Shown: in pieces, positions 14,801-28,989 of the stretch | Layout: each line of letters begins with the position of its first letter | How positions within the stretch are numbered: the first letter of the stretch is position 1 | Assembly: GCF_036321535.1 (NCBI RefSeq) | Contig: NC_087436.1 | Location: 32,552,001-32,616,000, forward strand | Origin: Camelus dromedarius | Lineage: Eukaryota | Length of the DNA: 64,000 nucleotides | Reading direction: 5' to 3' | The notes under the pieces: model-generated | What the model was told of the DNA's origin: nothing | Database searches by the model: none | The model's input: only the letters and a program-made list of their open reading frames with translations | Translations under genes and position numbers: made by a program

Positions 14801-14969
14801 AGGTTAAAAGACAGTTTGGACAGAGCAGAAGCAAGAACCTGAACAAAGAAAATAGAAGATTCCTTAAAAAGGAATGACTGACAGTAGACTCAGTAACAGC
14901 AATTATGGAAGTCAGAATACAAAGAAATACTATTTGCAAACAGATTAGAGAAAACAACTTTCTACCTAG

Positions 14970-15360
14970 TTGGCATAAGCAATGCCATGTGTTGACTTCA
15001 TCTTCTTTCTGGCCACACAGGAAGACGACATTTCTCACCTCCTTGCATTGGGAGAGACCATATAGCTAGTTCCAGGCACTGGAACATGAGCAGAGTGATG
15101 TTCTTACTTTTAAGCCAAGTCTCTGAAATGTCCCTTGTGATACTGCATGCTTTCTCTCTTCCCTCACCGGACAACTAGATGCAGAAGATCCTAGAGAGGA
15201 CTCTGAAACCCTTGGGAATAATGGAACCAGGGGATGAAGGACTCACATCACTGAGCCAATTGACCAGGAACACAGACATTGAAATGAGAAATAACCTTTT
15301 ATTATGTTAAGCCACTGAGACAGGATTGTTTGTTATAGCGACTGGCCTAGTCTCACAATG
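14970..15360 (+). mobile_element. MaLR LTR (MLT1-type)
   Basis: Ends ATAACCTTTTATTATGTTAAGCCACTGAGA...TTGTTATAGC, typical of MLT1. Confidence 0.6.
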
Positions 15361-16149
15361 CAACATTATAAAGCTACCTTTCAAAAAGGGTGAAAAAGAC
15401 ATCATCAGATAAATAACAACAAAAGTAATTTTTTATCTTATTTTTACTAAAAAACAATGACTTACATATATGTTTTAAGAAGAAGAAAAATGATCGAATG
15501 AGGACAGTCTGAGATGTAAGAATAGTGAAAAAATGGTAAGCATACATGTAAATTTAAAGACGATTCAACTGTATGCAATGATATAAAATATACACTTTAT
15601 GATATATACTTTGTATATTTTATAACATTATAAAGTATTATAATAATAAGTAGTACTATTAGTAATAATTATGCCCAATTTACAGAATTTTAAAAAATGA
15701 CAGCACTAAAATATTGATGACAATGGCATGCAGGTGAAGAGGAGAGAAATGGAGTTAAGGTATACTAAGGGTCTTGAATTATTTTCAAAGGGGGTTAAGA
15801 CAGTGTTTTACTTTACAATCTGTTAAGACAAATATCATGATAAAATTTTAAGAGTAATCCCTAAAAAGATAGAAGCATCTACAGCAAGAATAATAATAAT
15901 ACATGGGTTAAAACTATCATGGAAAAAGCAGTTCAAAAAGAAAATTTTAAAGTAGAGGAAACAAATTCAGTTATTTCAGTCATCTCTATAAATGGACTCA
16001 CTGAGCTTGTCAATTAGAAGATTGTTGTGTGTAAGAGACATACAAAAACAACAAAGGCACAGAATGACTGAGGAAAGTGCTTATCATTCACTTGGAAAAC
16101 TACGAAAAGTCCTTACTTCTTTCCTTTGCACGGTCAAGAAGACACTCAC

Positions 16150-16353
16150 CTCTTCCTTTGATGCTTCTGAGTCGAGCTGTAGTGTGAGATACATGATGAT
16201 GTGAGGAGAGTTTAAGATATTCTGCTGGATACCTTCAATGTCTTCTCCCCAGAGAAGTCTTACCAAATCACTAGTGTTTGACTGTGCCTTTTTCTGTCTT
16301 GGTTGAGTTGTGTCCTTTTTCACAGCATATGCATTTTCAAATGTCAGTTTCAC
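16150..16353 (-). CDS. INTU: INTU coding exon 4 (204 nt): [68 protein letters not shown]
   Basis: Lies within ORF 16084..16554. Acceptor ttttttaaag|GTG, donor GAG|GTGAGT, phase 0/0. Confidence 0.96.
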
Positions 16354-17130
16354 CTTTAAAAAATTAAAAGGTTGATTTTTCAATGACGGAAAATCAGCTG
16401 CAGTTTTCACAAAGAAGGATCTGTATGTGCACATATGCACCCAGGTATGCGCAGTATGCATAAAAGTCATCCTAGAGCACTGGGCTCCTTGATGGCAGGG
16501 ACTGTGTACTCTGTTTATATTTGTATCTCCAGCTCCTAGGACAATGTCTGGCACATATGATTACAAATGCTTATAGAGTAGGAATGTATAATTCTCTGTA
16601 ATAAGTTCATTAATTTAAGCTTAATCACTGTATTCTAAGTATTGACAGGAAATACAAGAAATGCCATGGGGAAAAAATTAGTATGATCTGATAGTGTAAT
16701 AAAGAGCAACATTATATTATAAATGCCAACAGCACTAACTCATCTGGGGAAGGTAGAAGGAAGAGACTCAAGATTAAAATCAATCTCATACAACCAGAAT
16801 TAGCTCTCCTTTCAAGTGAGGTGATACTCAAATATTCTTCTCTTAGACATTCTTTGTGATCATTTAGAATAAAGGCTAAGAAGAGTAAAAAAAACTGTCC
16901 ACATGCTGGATCTTGGATCATGGCCCTAAGAAGATTATCAGTTTTATCAAGATGGTTTTAATTTCATGGCCTGATGTCAAACAAGATTGGTAAGAGTCCA
17001 GAATGTGGCCATTTTCCAGTTGTTGAAAGGTAGCTTCTACTTCTCAATTACCTTTCCTTGCAAATGGAGATATGTGTCTAGATGCCAGCTGGCCAAAGAT
17101 AGCTTGCTCATTTCAAAGAAGCACTAGTGT

Positions 17131-17210
17131 AGGGGGCGGGGGAGGGAAATAAGTGGAGTGAATGCTAACCATGTACCTCCCCAGTACCTCCATTAAAAAA
17201 AAAAAAAAAA
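17131..17210 (+). mobile_element. Degenerate, internally deleted tRNA-derived SINE (Vic-1-like)
   Basis: G-rich head, CCCCAGTACCTCCATT followed by a poly-A tail. About 19-bp imperfect TSD at 17112-17130 and 17211-17229. Confidence 0.65.
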
Positions 17211-19759
17211 TTCAAAGGCGCACCAGTGTGTATCTTGACTAAAAGAAGTTTTCACTAAATATAGTTTTGTGTAGCAAGGACATCATCATAAGCTATACAG
17301 ACACAAAATATTTCTAATGTTTAAGACCTTATCAGAATACAGATGAGTAAAATGGGACATTCTAATTGTAACAATCCATAAAATTTTAAATTTAGACTTT
17401 AAAGTGCAGTGATTTTTAAAATTAGATTACATTTTAAATCAAAAAATAAATTCATACTTGATCAAGAATAAAGAATAAATGTATATTAAATCATCACACT
17501 GTATAACTTAAACATGTACAGTTTTTATCAATCATACCTCAATTAAAACTGAGGGAAAAAAGAAATCTTTTCAATATTTAAAAGCAGATAAAATTGTTTA
17601 TATGTAGTAAGTTGCATTTTGAGAAAACATTTAAAAATTATTATCAAGACAGTGATAAACAATCCCTATTTTAATAATTTATTGAGAGGTACCATTTTTA
17701 AGGCCAACTTTAAATATATGATAAACACCAAACATATCACTGTCACTCTTTTTAAGAATGAGTTTTATATATTTATATATTTTTAGCAAAAATGTTAAGT
17801 ACATTATTTTTAAAAATTCATTCATAATCCCATCAGCTCACCCAGCTATTGTTAGTGTTGTACTATAAAATAAATCTATCCTGATTGAATAAAACCTTTC
17901 AAAAGGAAAAATATCTAGATATTCTTTTTTTTTTTTTTTTTTTTGATTGGCAGGGAGTGACTATGGTTGTATTCAATTTTGCTTATCTGTAGCTGTCTGG
18001 CATTTCAGAGGCAGTAAGTTATCTTTGTCTACCTAAAGTAAATTAAGTTAAATAAATATATTTTCTAAAATAGGTTTCAGATTTTATTTTATTAAAAAGC
18101 GGAAAAGAGACATGGGGTCTAAATTCATCAATATGTATATATTTAGAGTTAAGATGAACCAGGTCACAACTAGAGAGTAAAAGGGAGAAGTTCCTCATGA
18201 AATTTTTCTAAGTCCAATGATCATGCTTTTTTTCACAAAACATTTAATATTCCAAATGGAAAATCTCAACCTTTACTAAATTTTTAATGTTTTCTGCAAA
18301 CCTCATGCTGAAAAATGGGCCCTCAGTATTAGAATACAATACTTAAAAAGGCTGAGTAGAAAATTAGTATATTCGGAGGGAAAAAATTAAGAAAGCTGAA
18401 CAAAAATATATAAAACAAATTAGAGACCCTATATGGGAACAATCAAGAGTTATCTGAGGAAAATTAATATAAGGATAAGGTGAGGAAGAGCTGAAGAGAC
18501 ACTCTCAGAAATGATCTTAGAGAGGTATGAAAAACAAAATTTGGTGTGAGATTTTGACCCAAATAGGCAACATGTAAGCATTATATGGCCTGAAAGACTA
18601 CGTTCTAAGGGTGGCATCTGTTCTAGTGGGTAATGCTCAACCTATGTATACACAGATAAAAACAGAAACATAAGCATAAATATATTAAATTCTGGAACAA
18701 AGATCTGATGCAATAAATGGCTTGGTGGTCAGGGGGTTCTTTTATCTGAGAATGAGGACTTCGGAGGGTCCAAATAAAATACATGGGAGTCTTTGGTGGT
18801 TTCCTTGGAAATGTGAGAAATCTTTAGAATCTGGGAAAATCCTGAGTGCAGACTTTGTACCAGTAGAGAAGGGAGCTTTGAAGACTGTTCCCCTGGCACC
18901 GGGCTCTGGGGAGGAGCTAGGTATGTGAATGGAGGGGAGGGTGAGAAATCTTATGGTAGGAAGCACGAGATGAGTGACATCCTAAGGAAGCAGGTGTCAC
19001 AGAGGCAGGCTGGGTCGGCTATGCGTCCATGAGAGCCATGCACCCTAGATGTGGAACAAGGAGAAAGACGGGTCCTTGCAGAAAGAAACATGCCTCCGAA
19101 CAGGGAGCGCATCTCTTTCAGCTGAGATTTTTGTGGTTGGGGAGGTCAAAAGATAGGGTATGACTCACCAAAAATGACAAAAGGAAATGAGCTGGTAGAC
19201 AAAAATTTACCAATTTTACCTTAGGCGGCAACAGCAACCTAAATTTTAAGATTGGTTTGCTCTGCCTAGTGAAGAAGGACACACTTGAAAACGAACTTTA
19301 ATGTTACATTTGGCAAACAAACAGCATTTCTTGTCTGTGGTGCAACAACCTTTTCCTCTCACCACGACAAGAACTCAAACAAATACACCACAGAACCATC
19401 CATTAACATTCCTTAAGGAACTATCTTAGCCGCCATTCTGATTTAATGCAAAGATAATTACTCTTTAGCAAGACATTTTGAAAGGCTTACATGTTAAGCA
19501 GTTATAAATGTCAGGAAATCTGGTTGCTTTGATAAAATGATAAAAGGGTGAGATAGATAACTAAATTAAGAGTTGAGTGCTATTTTTTTTTAAAGGGGTT
19601 GGTATATGTAAATATTAAGGATGTTAAATGTGTTCTATACGAAAAATCTTTAATTAAGAAACATCTAAGATAGTTTATATGAAGCTTCTTGTAAAAAGGG
19701 TTTTTCCGTTTGAGTTTACATGAAGCTTTTCATAAAAAGGGTCTTCTGTTGTTCCTCCA

Positions 19760-20540
19760 CCTGTGACAAGTTTCATCACCTCCTGTCTCCCTCAAAATGT
19801 TTTCTTGTTTGTGCGGTTTGCCCATCCTTTCTTTCTGCCTTCCCTCCCAGTTCAAGAGATGACGTGGCTTCCCTCAGGTCCAAGGAAATGCTCTGTATAA
19901 ATTACCACTTCCAAAATCTTGTTGCTTCCTCTACTTCTATCTCCAACCCATCCCATGCAACAAGCAATGTCTCTCCAGCCCCTGCCAAACAAACCAACCC
20001 TCTCTCTCCTCATTAGCTACCATGTCTTCCTCTTCACACACGGGACCTAGGGAGACTGTCAAGGTTTGAAGCAGCTCCAGAGCCAGACCAGACTCTCACC
20101 TCTGCCTCATGGTCTGCACCGTCTCTCTCACAATATCTCTGCTGCTCTCTGCAAGCCTGATCCTTTCTCTTTTGCCTGGCAGATGCTTTGAATATTCCTT
20201 AGTCAAAATTCTGAAGGAATTGAGTCTACTCTGCTCAGTAAATTCTCTCCTTGATCCTCCTCTCCTGGGCAATCTCACAGGACCGCTGAAGACAGAACCT
20301 GGAAGGCATCTTGGACTCCGCTCTCTCCTGTAGGAAGTGCTATCCTCTTCACTTCCCACATACTTTAAATCAAATCTACTCCTTCTCCTCCATCTCCACA
20401 GCCAAGGCCTTTGCTGAGGCCTTCACCCCCTCTCTTCTGGACTAAAACCGACCACCTGGTTTCCCAACCTCCAGTAATGTCTAAATATATTACTAAAATG
20501 AAAATCTGATCACCTCAGTCCTCCGCTTTAAAATACTGAA
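19760..20540 (+). mobile_element. Old L2 fragment
   Basis: Pyrimidine-rich, with CTCCTCCATCTCCACAGCC and AAATCTGATCAC...CTTTAAAA motifs typical of L2. Confidence 0.5.
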
Positions 20541-21054
20541 AGAGCTAGTTATTTCTGGGCTCTGAAAATTTAAAAAAAAAAGTTACAAATACTTACAAAA
20601 AAATTTACCAGTCGACTTCCTAATTTTTCCACAGTATACATGAGTATCATTTTTGTGGAACAAGGAAATAATAAACATTAAAACATTCTACACAAGTATC
20701 ATCTCCTTTAAGATGCCTTTTCTTCTTGTTTCAGGCCTAAGAAGTACTTAGAAGGTATGGGTCTAAGGTTAACGTTCTGTAGATTGATCTCCCAGAAAAG
20801 GAGTTGGTTTCCTCCAAAGCTCGAGGAAAACTGGCTGTGGCCCAGTGCTCAATGCAATCAGTCCTGGTCACCTGCAATGTTTGGACCTGACCCCCTGATC
20901 AGGCCCAGGGAGGGGATGGTGCTCTACCTGTATGATTACGTGCTTTTTGAATAAATGAGTGCACAGAGCTGTGGCAGCAGACCAAGGTCACAAAAGTAAA
21001 AAATTAGAAGAGTACCTGTACCTTCATTCTTGTCATCTGAATTTCTAAAAACTT

Positions 21055-21680
21055 TCTTTTTAAACCCACAACTTTTTATTAAAAAAATTTTAAACCTAAA
21101 GAAAGTCGCAAGAAGAAGACTGATTACCTATATATTCCTCCCCCAGCTGTATTCCTCACCAATTCCTCACCCATTGTTACTGTTTTGTCACATTTGCTTC
21201 CCCACCTCTTCTCCCCTCTCCTACCATTCTCACCACCTCTGTGTATTTAAAAGATTGTTTTGCCTGACATTATGCTGTACACTAGAGATTGATACACTGC
21301 AACCAACTGTACTTGAATGGAAAAAAATTTTTGGCCCAGACCACTTGATCATGATTTGCAGCTATTTGAAAACTTCATCACTACATATTTTAGCACATGT
21401 CTCCTAAGGATACACAAGCAAATATAATTGTGACACTTCGGAATTTTGATACTAAACACAATACTAATCTGTAATAAAGTCCATATTCAAATTTCCCCAA
21501 CTGTCTCAATACAGCTGCTCCCCACTGCAGCGCAGGATCAGTTCAGGATTAGTCACTGCATTTGCTTGTATGTCAGTTCAGCCTGGCTTAGTCTAAAATA
21601 GTTTCCCAACCCTTTTTTCTTTCATGATATTAACATTTTTGAAGAATCTAAGACAACTGTTTTGCAGAACGTTAAAACCT
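21055..21680 (-). mobile_element. L1MC-type 3' fragment
   Basis: CCATATTCAAATTTCCCCAACTGTC and CATTTTTGAAGAATCTAAGACAACTGTTTTGCAGAA resemble the L1MC 3' UTR. Confidence 0.55.
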
Positions 21681-22644
21681 GGCTTTAAAGGAAATGATTT
21701 GGGTTCCTTGTGCCTCACCTAGTACATAGGCTACGCCTTGGGACTTCACTCTGGTATTCTCAATCTATTTATAACAGAACTTATTTAAAATTCAAACACA
21801 GAACTGTAGTGTTGGAATAGGGCTCTTAGATTTATTCTCTCAAATCCCCTCTGAGAAAACTGAAACCCAGGAGAGTTTGGAAACTTGCTCAGTGAGAGGT
21901 TTGAAATAGAGATCTGCCCTCCTCCTCCTCAGTGACCTTTCCACCACATTACACACTGTCCCAGGGCATCTTCTGTTGGATGACAAAAAGCATTTCAGGC
22001 TATTTTTATACTCTGAGTATAAGTTAAAAATGTTACTGTTGGGTATTTCCAAATTACATCTCCTAAGGTATTCTTGATAAATCCGCATTCCTCTTATTGC
22101 TTGAATAACTGTTTGAAGTGCAACAGATACAAATGAGGTAAAACAACTTTTTCTGACACAAGTCTGCTGCAGTTAGTTCTAGCCCAGCAAGAGGAAGGGG
22201 ATGCAGACACAAAGGTCCACCCCCCTGTGTGTGAAACGGAAGGATTGTACCAGCTCCAGTTCTTTGAGTCATTAATTCTGCAACCATGGACAGATCATTA
22301 ACTCTCTCTTAGATTCTTTTTCTTCTTGTGTAAAATAGGAACACAAATGATCAGACTCTTACAGATGGTTATGAGGAATAAATGAAACTATCAAAGGAAA
22401 TGGTATCAGCAAAGCACCAAAACACTTCCTGGCACAGCCACTAGTTCCCTTCCTAATTCTCAACTTGTATATAGTAAAAATCCCCTTGAAATTACAGTAA
22501 GAAGACAAGGCTGTGCTGGAGTGCAACATACTCTCTCAATATGATAATTCCAACTTGCAACAGTTTTTCTTCCATCTTTGAGACAAATTGCTGTTTCCTC
22601 ATTTTGGCACAAGCTCTAAGAATAGGCACTTAACAGTCATGTTG

Positions 22645-22645
<1 letters not shown>

Positions 22646-22691
<46 letters not shown>

Positions 22692-22750
22692 TACATATAC
22701 ATAAAGACATATATATATTTTATATATATGTCTTGTATATACACATACAC
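22646..22750. repeat. Compound (TA)n(CA)n microsatellite
   Basis: Directly visible. Confidence 0.9.
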
Positions 22751-23414
22751 ATTTGTTTGAACATAGAAGCACACTTAATGCAGCTGTAAGGCGAACTAGG
22801 CAAACAGCAGATACACAACTCCTATTTCATGCTCAATGAGGACATGGAAATGGTGGGTGAAATTGGGCCAAAATATTTAAATCATTATTTCTTTCTCCTC
22901 TTTTTTCTGCCAAGTGTGCATAGCTGAATTTGCAAATGTTAATTAAATATACATATAATGTAACTCCACTGGAAACATAACTCTTTTTTTTGCAGACAGA
23001 AAGGATGTGGCTGAACTCCGGCAGTACACCTGCAACTGACATGGGCGAGAAAGGAGGAGCCCTGACTCAGGGCTGAGGTGCAGCCAGTGTACATGGGGGA
23101 GGCTGTTTCAGTTGTTAAAACACTGTAATTCTTCATTACTGAATGGTAAGTAGCTGCCGTCTGAGCCCCCTGAGGTGCCCCAGTACCTTTGCCCCCCTTC
23201 TTGCTCCCCCCCTTCCTCTAGCAGCTGAAGGGGTAACAGCACACCCTACTCCGGCACTAGGCCTGGTGTCACCGGACTGCTATTATTTCAAACACCACCC
23301 CGTCTCCATCTCCATCTCTCTATCCACGCCTAGGCATTGCTGGTTGCTGGTTGCCACAATTATTCTAGCACTATCATTTGGCATTTCCAATGCTAGCTAA
23401 GGTTACTGAGCATC

Positions 23415-23450
23415 TGTGTGTGTGTGTGTGCATGTGTGTGTGTCTGTGTA
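23415..23450. repeat. Interrupted (TG)n microsatellite
   Basis: Directly visible. Confidence 0.85.
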
Positions 23451-24308
23451 TTGGGAGAAGAAAGTGAACATAAGAGAAACCTTGTTTCTCAGAAAACAAG
23501 AATTATCATCATGGGACCTATTATTTCAGAATCTCCTATCAGATACAGATAAGATTCTGATTTATCAAGCCTTCTGTTTTTCATCCTGATCAATCCAAAA
23601 ACTGTTTCATCCTCTCACCACCTGACAGAGCCTCTAGCCAGTGAAAGCGTATCATCCTCCACAACTCTTCAAAGAGAGAAAGCCAATTCCTGATGTTAAC
23701 AGGAGCAGCACATTCACAAATAGGAAGTACAGCATTTTAAGACTACATCTAATGACCTAAAAAATGTCATCAGTAATACAAAATGTCAATGCTTAGAGTG
23801 TAACTGAAGAAAGAGATTTATTTTTACCTAGAAGGAATGAAAAATAATTCATTAAGTAGCTAAACAAAAGCTCAGCAGTGAGGCTAAACTAGGTAATGAA
23901 AAAACTCAACAAAATAGAATAGTTTTTAAAATGTAGTTTAAAACTACATTAAAAAACTTTATAGAAACTAGAGTTTAAGAGAATAGAAAATTCCATGACT
24001 GTCTTAAATGACTTTTCTAGGAATTGGACTCTCATCAGCACATATGGTACTTATAATGCAAAGTTGGTCATTATATATATTTTTAGTATTGTTCTCGTTC
24101 CTGCATGACTCGATATTTGTAGATATTTCTCTCTCTCTTTGGAACAATCTCCAAAAGCTAAAAACGTTAACAAGCATTTGAAAATTATCCAAGAGTGTAA
24201 GTATAACTTACCCATTATACATGACTACCTTCAGAATTAAAAAAAAAATAGCACGATATACTTATTTCATATAATTCATCATAAAACACAGAAAAACAAT
24301 GTCCACAC

Positions 24309-24394
24309 CTGCATAGGTCCAGGAATGCAAGACAGAACTCTCTCTATGTTCTCAGAGGTCACATCTACATCGTTCACAGCAACAAGGACATCAC
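24309..24394 (-). CDS. INTU: INTU coding exon 3 (86 nt): (G)[31 protein letters not shown] domain
   Basis: Manual translation gives a PDZ-type GDVLVAVND motif. Acceptor ttttcag|GTGAT, donor CAG|GTGTGG. Brings the cumulative length to 771 nt (phase 0). Confidence 0.96.
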
Positions 24395-25304
24395 CTGAAA
24401 ACAGAATCATAATGAACAATAGATGCGTGAATATCCAAAACAGAAAAAGATCTAGAATGGGAACATTAAAAAAGCATCTATTCTGATCTCCTCAAAGTAG
24501 AATGGAAAATGTGGTACAGACATTCGGGGACTTGTCCAAGGTTGTAAAGCTCTGTAGTGGCAGAGCGAACTTCCCACTCCACTGTTTCTTAAATTAAATG
24601 CAGCCCAACATTGCACCACAACTAAATATAACCTATGAATATTTAAAGGGATGAATATTTTCATTTTTGGTACAACTGGGAGAATTACATAAACCCAAGG
24701 GACAAATGGAAAATTTGTAGCGTAAACCAAGTCCTGCACTTAACAAAATTGAATCTAACCACTTAGACCCATAGTGAAAAAAATGCAGCTGAAATTTTAA
24801 TTAAATCCATGTGGTACATCATAACTCAATAAGCTGGGTATTCACTGCTATTGCTGATCTGTGTCTACACACAGCTCTTTGTTTCAAAAGTCCCCAACCA
24901 CATCAAAACCCATAACATGTTTTAGTATATATCTCCTTTTCCATGGCTTCTCTTTAAATGTGTATATTATCAAATTTAGTGGCTTTAATATAATAAAGAT
25001 CACTGTTAAAATGGAAATTTACTTTCACAACATAAAGGTAGTATCTAAACACCAGTGAGCTATATTAATAGAAATACGCACATACCAAGGTTATTTTTTC
25101 TCATCATTCCTAAATATATCATTAGGAAATTGATTAAATAATTCATACTCATCTATTCATTAATTCACCCAACAAATACTTACCGAGCACCTACTGTATG
25201 CTAGGCACTGCTCTAGGCACTTGAGATCCAGAATTGAACAAACCAGACAAAAATCTCTACCCACATGGAGTTTAAGATAATAAACATATATATAGATAAA
25301 ACAG

Positions 25305-25665
25305 TGTTGGTAGACAATACTCCATTGGTCTCTCATGTTTCTGTACACCACACAAGCCCAGGCCCTGAAAGTCTTTGTTCTGTATTATCTTTTCAAGGAT
25401 GCTTGTATGGTGAACAGTTTTGGACAAGACAATGTCTCCCTCCAGAGCAAATGTAAACAGTACAATAAGGATAGTGTCTCCCTCAATATCTTACTGTTAA
25501 TAATTGTTCTTTATAAAAGATTCATGCTCCCTAAGCTCAAAGTTCTTCTCCTTTAATGCAACCCACTATGTATAGAGGTGTCACCTGGCCCTCTTCCTCA
25601 TGCCCTGTGGGAATGAAGGTTGGGGAACAGAAGAAATTGGCGTTACTCTGGCTACTGCTGTTCCT
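25305..25665 (+). mobile_element. ERVL-type solo LTR (LTR40-like), partial
   Basis: Starts TGTTGG and shares TCTTTTCAAGGATG-TTGTAT-GTGAACAG and AATGTCTCCCTC with the copy at about 60.8 kb. Confidence 0.6.
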
Positions 25666-25914
25666 CCCTCTCCCTTCTTTCCTTGCTCACCTTTATACTT
25701 GATCATACGGGAAAGGGACTAAATGAGGAATGAGCAGGAGGAGTTTCTTAGGCCATGCTCATGAAAGCTTGCATTGGCCTACACTAGGTTTAGATGCTCA
25801 AGAGATGGTATTCAGTTGAGAGTTCCGCAGGTGAGAGTTCCACCAAGCCACACATGATGGTCTGCTATTGCAGCAGGTTGACCAATCCAGTAGTTTTTCT
25901 TAAAAGTAAGAAAT

Positions 25915-26450
25915 GTATATATAATTATATCTCTGTGGTGTGTAATAGGAACTAACACGGTGTTGTAAGCCAATCGTACTTCAAAAACAAACAAATTCAT
26001 AGAAAAAGATATCAGATTTGTGGTTGCCACAGGTGGTAGGGAGACGGAAGAATTGGATGAAGTTGGTCAAAAAGGTACAAACTCCCAGTTATAACATAAA
26101 TAAGTACTGCATGTAGCTTAGTGGTAGAGTATGTGCTTAGCATGCACGAGGTCCTGGGTTCAATCCCCACAATCTCCATTTAAAAAAAAGTGATAAATAG
26201 ATAAATAGCCAACATTTGTTTAAAAAAAGAAAGTACTAGGAATGTACCATACAACATAAATATAATTATCACTGCTGTACATTATATATCAAAATTGTTA
26301 AGAGGATAAATCCTGAGTTCTCATCACACGGAAATTTTTTTCTATTTATTTAATTTCATATCGATATGAAATGATAAATGTTCATGAAACATACTGTGGT
26401 AATCATTTCATCACGTACATAAGGCAAATCATTATGCTGTACACATTAGA
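25915..26450 (+). mobile_element. L1MA-type 3' end interrupted by a SINE
   Basis: AAGGTACAAACTCCCAGTTATAA...GTTCTCATCACA...ATCATTATGCTGTACAC. Confidence 0.7.
26108..26230 (+). mobile_element. tRNA-derived SINE (Vic-1-like) nested in an L1 3' end
   Basis: A box TAGCTTAGTGGTAGAG, B box GGTTCAATCCC, A-rich tail. AAGTACT is repeated at both ends. Confidence 0.8.
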
Positions 26451-27646
26451 CTTAATTTGAACCTCTCTCTAGGAAGCATAGTAAGAAAGATGTAAAAAGT
26501 ATTTTTAGGCAGTCTCTTCATCTTTGCCTAGCTGTCTGCTCTCAGGTAAGAATGACGAACAAAATATAGGAGCACCGATGTAAAACAAAACCACTTAGAC
26601 CAGTCTAACCATGAGGTCTGCTGTCAGCAGATTATGCTATCCTCACGACACCAACATAGTGAAACCATTTTAAAACTTGTTCCTTTAAACTAAAACTCCA
26701 TTAGATAATGTCCCACATGACTTTTTTTTTTCTCCAAACCCTAACAAATACAGTTCTGTAGTTTAGTGTTACCTGAACTATCATCTGAAAGCATCATGTC
26801 CAACAAACCACTAAAAATAGGAGACATGTATCATCACAAAAGATACGAAAATAAATTTTAGAACAAGTGCAGTATATACATAATAGTTTTAAATGTTTAG
26901 TAGAAAATTATCTCTTTCTACGAAAGAAGTATTATATCCACTTCTCATTCCCCAGATATTTGCTTTCCTCAAGTTTTTCTGAGGATCTTTGTGAAGCGAC
27001 TCAGAGATGGCAGGCTTCCTGGACATCACATCACTGCAGTGGGCAGCCTGTACTCCGGGAAAGTTCTTTTCAACAAGTGCATGGGAGTCATTAGTATGCA
27101 TAGTCCCCCTTCAAAGGCTGAAAGGAAATGAACTGCATGAATTGGTTTGAATCATTGAATGAGAAATTACCTCGGGATTATGGATGGGTAGAAATAAGAG
27201 GGAAAATGTATAAAGAGATACATGCAAGAATCAAATAAAACATAAAGAAAGGAATCAATTTATCACAATGTTTAAATCAACTCTTCAGCGTAAAGTGTAT
27301 TTGAGAAAACTCATCAGTTTCTCAGCATCTACTTAATATCAAACAATAAATATGTACTGAAGGGCTCCTACATAAGGCAACAAATACTATGAAAATATAT
27401 ATGTGAAGTTTGCTTACTCTTCCATATATGATATGAATATGCTATACACAAAGGATATACAGTTTAAGAAATTTTGAAATAAAATTGTTACCCATAAATG
27501 TAGGAAAAAGAAAGGATACATATCAAAATGCTGCCTTTGGATGATTGGGCTTTTTATATTTTTTGTTTAATTACATTTTCGAAATGGTCTACAATAAGCA
27601 TATATTAAAAAAAAATTAAAACTCACATTTTACAAAACACACACAC

Positions 27647-28104
27647 TGTAGTAGGCAGAAGAACTGTCCTCCAAAAATGCCCACATCCTAACCTCTGAAG
27701 TCTGTGAATATGTTACTTTACATGGGTAAAGGAACTTTGCAGATGTAGTCAAATTAAGGATCTTGAGATTGGGAGATTATCCAAGTGAGCCCAATGTGAT
27801 CACAGGGTTATTATAGGAAGGAGGCAGGAGAAAGAGAGACTTGAAGATGCTATGCTGCTGGCTTTAAAGATGGAGGAAGGTACCACATGGCAAGGAATGT
27901 AGGTGGCCTCTAGAAGCTGGCCAAGGAAACGGGTTCTCCCCTGGAGACTCCAGAAGGAATGCAGCTTTGTAGACACTTTGATTTTAGTGCAGAAAAACAC
28001 ATTTAAGACTTCTGACATCCAGAACTACAAGATAACAAACTTGTGCTGTTTTAAATCACTAAGTTTGTGGTAATTTGTCACAGCAGCAATAGAAAATTAA
28101 TACA
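27647..28104 (+). mobile_element. MaLR LTR (MLT1C/D-like), near full length
   Basis: TGTAGTAGGCAGAA...GAATATGTTACTTTACATGG...AAGTTTGTGGTAATTTGTCACAGCAGCAATAGAAAATTAATACA. Confidence 0.8.
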
Positions 28105-28989
28105 CCTGCTTAACAATATAAAGCAACCTTGTCTAAGCACCAAATGAGAGTCAGTGAATGCTAAAGAACAGATGGATATACAAGGTACATTGAGAGGTCA
28201 TAAGGAAAATAAATCAGGCTTGTTAGAAGTGGGTATTTATGTACAGAAGGACTGGGAAATACGGATGAGGCAGTGGCATGGGATCAGATTGTGAATTTAA
28301 TTTGATCATTTAAATTAAGCTGAATTTCACTTCAGAGGGGAAAGAATCTGGTTTTTGAAACATAGTTACATAATGCCATTTTATACATTCAAGGTAGTGT
28401 ATTTACTGACTTCTTAAGTTTTCAGAGAATAAAAATTATTCTATTTTTTAAACTTCAATATCAACCTCTCATCTATAATATGCAAACACTAAAGTAGACA
28501 AAATTAAGGTCCTTCCCAAACTACCATTCTTGAAGTCCTTGAATAATGGTAGCTCATATATTTTAACTATCATTTAGAATATTAAGTAAAATATCACATT
28601 CTCTAAAGATGCTGGATAAGAAACTAGTGTAAGGATTTTATTTCTCATTAAATAGAAAATAATACTACAGAAATGTTGTAAAAATTATCAGTGACCCCAG
28701 CACTATAGCCCTGATTGTTTTTGCAAATTATTTTTAGTCTTTACCTCTGTTCATACAAATGAGGCATAGAGGATTTCTGTCCTTTTAAACTTCTCAAATA
28801 GGAAGAATTTTTATGCTGGTATATAGTTCTTAGAATTATAATTTTAATTGTCAAATAACATCAATTTATTTAATTACAACTTGAATAACCGTACATTTTC
28901 ATACTTTTTCCTTTTTATTTTTACTAAAAAATGCTTCAATACATGTTTTAATGCACATAGTGCTTCTTCTTTTTACATCTGGAGGCAAA

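Noticed and set aside
16084..16554. 156-aa ORF as a stand-alone gene
   Set aside because: Only 16150-16353 is INTU exon 4; the rest is open intronic sequence starting in an L2 relic.
26108..26180. tRNA gene
   Set aside because: A and B boxes are present, but the A-rich tail, flanking repeats and dispersed related copies indicate a SINE.
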